A stretch of 64,000 nucleotides of DNA, taken from NCBI RefSeq assembly GCF_011386835.1, contig NC_088797.1:126604001-126668000 (forward strand). The letters run 5' to 3'. Of the stretch, positions 59,437 through 64,000 are shown in pieces. This DNA is from Chrysemys picta bellii. Lineage: Eukaryota. A program made the position numbers and the translations under genes. The notes under the pieces were generated by a model, which saw only the letters and a list, made by a program, of their open reading frames with translations, ran no database searches and was not told the DNA's origin. Position 1 is the first letter of the stretch. Each line of letters begins with the position of its first letter.

Positions 59437-61517
59437 TGACGCTGACCGTTCCGGGTGCGGGGGAACAACGCCCCTGGACCCCTCCAGGGGACGCAGCCCA
59501 ACACCCCGACCAGCCCTGCACTCGCGGGCTGAGGCGTCGCTGGAGCGCGTGCGTGAGGCCTGCCGGGAGCTGGCTGGGACCCGTGGGACGCACTCTGCGC
59601 TTTGGCGAGGGGTCTGCCCATGTCGCCCGCTCTCAGCCCCCATCACTAGGGTCCTGTAGGCAGCAGACAGCCGCAGCCCCCGCCCCAAAGAGCTGCCAGG
59701 CTAACACAGGGCGAGGGACCTGGCTCCTAAGCCACAGACTCGAGGGATGGGACTCACGCCTCCTTCCCTCTGCCGGGCCGGGGCCGTCCAGGGCCGGGTA
59801 AGTATCCGCTCAGCAGCGCCACACAGAGCCAGACGAGCACAGAATAAAGCCGGCTGTGTCCCCCACACTGCACTCCCCAGAGATGGCTGTCACCGCGGGC
59901 TATCTGCCCCAGGAGAAGGGGCTGGCCGGGCCACACACACACCCCTGCAGATCGGGCCCATCTTTGGCCAGGCTGATCTGCCGGTGACCCCCTCGCCTTG
60001 CCCTCCTTGTGGGTCTGCCCCGGAGGTGCCCTTGCACAGACAAAGGCTTGCTTGCTTTCCGTGCCAGTTACTGTCTAAGCCGGGGGTGGGGGCGCTGGCA
60101 GGCCGGGGAGGGGCAGGCCCATGCACAGATGACATTACGACTTCGGCAACGACGTGCGACCCCGCCGTGCGAATTTTCTCATGGGCTGGATGTGCAGGGC
60201 CTGGCCGCCCCTCCCCAGGACAGAATCCATGACAAAAGGGGCTGGGCTGCGGGGGGCAGGAGCCTCAGCTTTCCTTCGGGGGGCTGGGAGAAGTGGCCCC
60301 CATCAAGCTCTGGCTGCTGTAAGAGCAGCAGCATCACCCCGGCTCCGGCCCACACCTGGGCTTCTCGGCCTTTTGTCAGCCGCTCGTAAAAGCCCTTGTA
60401 ACTCCGAGGCCAGGCTCTTTGATGAGCCGCAGGCTCTGGTTGGCGCCTGGGTGTGAATCGTGGCTCTGACCCCCGCTGCAGAGGGACTGACAAAGGGAGA
60501 GAATGGGGGGGGGGTCCCCCAGCCCCATCTCACATTCCCAGCCAGCAAATACCTCACGGGTGCAAAATCCAGGGCAGGTGCAGAGTGGGATCTTACCCCG
60601 CCCCCACTGCCCACGGGTCTCCCCGGCGCTGCAGAGGGGCATTCTCGCAGCGAGCAGCCCGGTCAGGCAGTGCCTGGCCCAGTCGGGAGGTGCCGTTAGA
60701 GACGGGACAGAGAGCGGCGGAGGCATTGCCCAGGGCCTTGTCCTGGCTAATTTCATGCCCCCCAAAGGCCAGGTCTCCATGGCCCAACAGGTCTCTCTGG
60801 GGCGGGGGAGCTGATCATGCTGGTTAACCTGTTTCTCCTTCATTTTCCCACCTCCGGCTACACCCCTGGAGCCCCTCAACGGTCCTCACCATCCTTGCGC
60901 CTTTGAAACACACGGATGCTCTTCTGTCCTCTGCCATCGCTCGGCCAAGCCAGACTCACTCAGGGGTTCCACCCGTCCTCGCAGGCCCCCCGTTCTCACT
61001 GCCATTCTCAGCTCCAGCAACTGCAGGACGGAGGGGCCTGGCCTGGAGAGAGTCAGGGCAGTTGTGATGCCCCCCCGGCTGCTCCGCGCCACACCTCTGC
61101 TCAGCCCACCCCAAACCACAGCCACAGGGCACCAGTTAACCAGGACACAAGGACTCACTCTGCCCTGGCCAAGGGAAGGCGCTGGTGACCCGCTGGGGCA
61201 GGTTGGAATCAGCGACCTACAAGTGACAGGGCGCTGACCCCGGTCCCCTTGCCTCACGCCCCTACAGCGGCAAGCGGGGCCCGAGCCCCCTGCTCTGGGA
61301 CAGGCTGAGGCAGGTGCTGACCGAGCAGAAGCAGACGAGAGCTGAGGCTCTGGGTTCTGTACTAGAAAGGGCTCCAGACAGCAGCCCGAGAAAGCACAGG
61401 TGGCCGACACCAGCCAAGGGGGCTGAGCTGTTCCCGGGATGAGGGCGGGATAAGAACCTGGACCGACCAGACCAGAATGAACTTACGGACATCAGCAAAG
61501 GAAGAGAGTGGGTGGAT

Positions 61518-61523
61518 TTTATT
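61518..61523 (-). terminator. Candidate POLL poly(A) signal
   Basis: First AATAAA I found on the minus strand downstream of the POLL stop (~1.3 kb). Confidence 0.45.
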
Positions 61524-62338
61524 GTACTTCCCTTCCAGGAACCCAATTTCCCAGGGTCGTGGCAGATTCTCCCCCACGAAGTTTTTAAATCAAGCTGGGC
61601 TGTGTTCTCCAAAGCTCTGAGCTAGGGATATCTGGGGGCAGGTTTCTGGCTGGCCACGCAGGTCAGACTAGATGATCACAGTGGTTCCTTCTGGCCTTGC
61701 AATCGATGACAGCAGCATTCCTCTTGCTACCCCATTCTGGCACCGCTCAGCCTCCACCAGCCCACTGCGGGTGGGAGCAGACCCCCGGCTGACGGGTAGG
61801 AGACAGCAGCCGGACCAAAGAGCCCAGCGGGAAGCTAGGTGTGAATGTGGGTTAGTGCCCCAGCGCCTGCAAAGCAGCATTGTTGCTCAGTGGCTTTCCC
61901 GTCCACGCCGACTCTCCGGGCGCTGCTGGAGAGAAATCAGCGTGTGGTTCACAAACCAGCACCCGTCTACATCATCAGAACGAGGCACTGGAGAAAACAG
62001 GAGTGGGAGAGGAGAGAGCCGCTATACGGGAGGAAGGCACGCCATGCCCAGGCTGTGAGGTCTGGTGAGCTCGCTGCTAGTTACCCCGAGGGGACCGCAG
62101 AACTGAATTCACCTGACAGCTGGGAACACTCCTGCCCCCCCAGCGGCGTTACCTGTACGGCGTCGGACCGGAGTGCCTGCCACGAGCACCACAAAATAGC
62201 AGCTCCTGGGGATGCACGGGGATGGAGAGCGGGTTTGTGCGGCTCTGATGCGGAGCTATGTCTGCCGATGTGTAACTATTGCGCTCCTGGGATCAGAGGT
62301 GCCATCACACGCACCCCCTCCCCCAGGGATCCCAGCAG

Positions 62339-62577
62339 CAGGGCCGGCTCCAGCTTTTTTGCCACCCCGAGCGGCGAAGAGAAGAAGAAAGAAAGAAAAC
62401 AATAAAAAAGCCACAACCAGCGGTATTTCGCGGGTGCTGTACAGCGCTGCTTCATCCGTCGGCAGCAATTCGGCGGCTGGTCCTTCCCTCCGAGAGGGAC
62501 TGAGGGACCCGCCGCCGAAGATCCGGATGTGTCGCCCAAGCACCAGCTTGCTGTGCTGGTGCCTGGAGCCGGCCCTG
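62339..62577. mobile_element. hAT MITE (239 bp)
   Basis: Perfect TIRs CAGGGCCGGCTCCAG / CTGGAGCCGGCCCTG; TSD CCCAGCAG / GCCAGCAG (7/8). Confidence 0.9.
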
Positions 62578-62853
62578 GCCAGCAGGCCACTGAACTACAT
62601 TCCAGAGCCGGTGATACCCCAACTCCCAGGCCTGGCTGGACAGTCACCAAGTGCCACTAGCAGCAACAGCAGCCACTGTCCATCAGGGCCAGCTCAGAGC
62701 GAGCCCGGATGATACGAGAGGAAGGAGTGCCCCCCTTCAGTGTCTGACAGGGAACCCCCACCCTACTAGGGCACTGGTGCCTGCAGGACTCATCAGGCAG
62801 CTCCCCCCAGGACACTCTGGAGGGCAGGAAGGAGAGGGTTGGGCCCAGCCCCA

Positions 62854-63218
62854 TCACCAGTCCCGCTCGGTGGGCTCCCGGTAGGGCAGCCCTAGCAGCA
62901 CGAAGACGTCCCTCTCGGTGGGGGTGGGCAGGACGAGGCCGGGCCCCACCTTGCGGCCGCCGGGGGCGCGCACCACGGCGGTGTGGAGCGCGTGCTCTGA
63001 CAGGCTCATGCCCTTGGTCTTGGCCAGCGCTCGCATGGAGCGGTTGAAGTGGGCTGAGCCGGTGAAGTACAGGAGGGCGCAGGCGAACTCGCCGTGGGGC
63101 ACCACGATGATGTCGAGGCGCCGGTGGCGCCGGCCTGGCCCGGGCAACCGGCACACGCCCAGGTACTTCTTCTGGTTGCCGCTGTCTTCTTGGCTCACCA
63201 GGTCGTCGGTGAGGAAAC
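62854..63218 (-). CDS. POLL: DNA polymerase lambda, final coding exon
   Basis: Acceptor ctcctctggcag; (G)[75 protein letters not shown]...[13 protein letters not shown]; X-family polymerase C-terminus closely matching Pol lambda. Confidence 0.98.
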
Positions 63219-63791
63219 CTGCCAGAGGAGCAGCGTGAGAGGAGGGGACGGGCTGTGACCCCACCCTCTTCCCTGGCTCCCGCGGAAGCATCCCATAATC
63301 CACTGTACGGGTCCCTGGGCTCCTCCTAAAGGGGGCTCCTGGGCACTGGCTCTGGGTGCAGCGGGAGCACTCGCCAAGCCGCACCCGCTGCGCCGGCAGC
63401 ACCAACGCTTGGCCACCTTCGAACAAGGGTCCTGTTGGGAGCCGCCCCCGCTGCAGCACCGACCCAGCCAGCTTCCCGAGCTCTGTCGCAGGCCCCCCAA
63501 GTGAGAACGCCCCTGGGACCGGCTCGGGTCCATCGAGCCCAGCATCCTGGCTCAGACAGGGTCCAGGACCAGATGCTGCCGAGGAAGACCCCTGTGGCAG
63601 GTACTATGGGGCACCCACCCACAGAGAAAGTCCTCCTGACCCCCAAGGCAACAGACCATCCTGGATTCAGCCCTTTAGTGTCTGATCCACAGGCAGGGCA
63701 AGGCCCCGCGCCGGCTGCTCGCACTGACACAAACCCCTTCGCCTCCCATCGCGGAAAGTGCCAGCCAGCCGCCCGGCTGCAAGCCACGTAC

Positions 63792-63960
63792 CGCTCCGCC
63801 GCAGGCTGTCAAGCAGCTTGTCGAAGACGCCGCGGTGAGACTGCCCGTCAGGGTGGGTAACCAGGACGTCCACATCGCCGCAGGTGGCCTTCCCCCGTCG
63901 GTACGAGCCGCACGCCATGCACACCAGCCCAGGGTTCAGGGACCGGGCTGCTTCTCGCAC
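63792..63960 (-). CDS. POLL: DNA polymerase lambda, penultimate exon
   Basis: cttccccaag|GTG...AGC G|gtacgt; VREAARSLNPGLVCMACGSYRRGKATCGDVDVLVTHPDGQSHRGVFDKLLDSLRRS (GSYRRG and catalytic GDVDVL motifs); phase 1 matches the final exon. Confidence 0.98.
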
Positions 63961-64000
63961 CTTGGGGAAGAGTCGGGATCAGGAACCGGAGACCAGCACT

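Noticed and set aside
62854-63459. 201-aa ORF as a single-exon gene
   Set aside because: The N-terminal ~80 aa are intron read-through; the real POLL exon starts at the acceptor at 63218.
1-64000. CRISPR arrays, tRNA/rRNA genes, or a BTRC exon
   Set aside because: The repeats lack unique spacers and the DNA is clearly vertebrate; I saw no tRNA/rRNA signatures and no WD40/F-box exons.

Overview
GC-rich vertebrate genomic DNA, most likely a turtle (inferred from CR1 subfamilies, hAT MITEs and solo LTRs typical of Testudines), from the POLL side of the LBX1/FGF8 neighbourhood. It contains three protein-coding loci: (1) the last coding exon of a class II SLC2A/GLUT transporter (+, 2118-2357); (2) a complete six-coding-exon gene that I cannot name (-, 55164-46006, 645 aa), with a long disordered N-terminus and a C-terminally truncated pseudokinase domain; (3) the last two exons of DNA polymerase lambda (POLL, -, 63960-62854). 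The ~43 kb between SLC2A and the pseudokinase gene has no recognisable genes. It carries several enhancer-like AT-rich islands, three degraded Ty3/Gypsy fossils, solo LTRs, hAT/mariner/PIF MITEs, CR1 fragments and GC-rich minisatellites. The most notable observations are the pseudokinase gene, an intronic array of ~15 same-orientation, roughly helically phased CTCF-like motifs convergent with a strong CTCF motif at 16183, and an 18-bp minisatellite apparently derived from a hAT terminal inverted repeat. Most long ORFs in the track are artefacts of GC-rich repeats.
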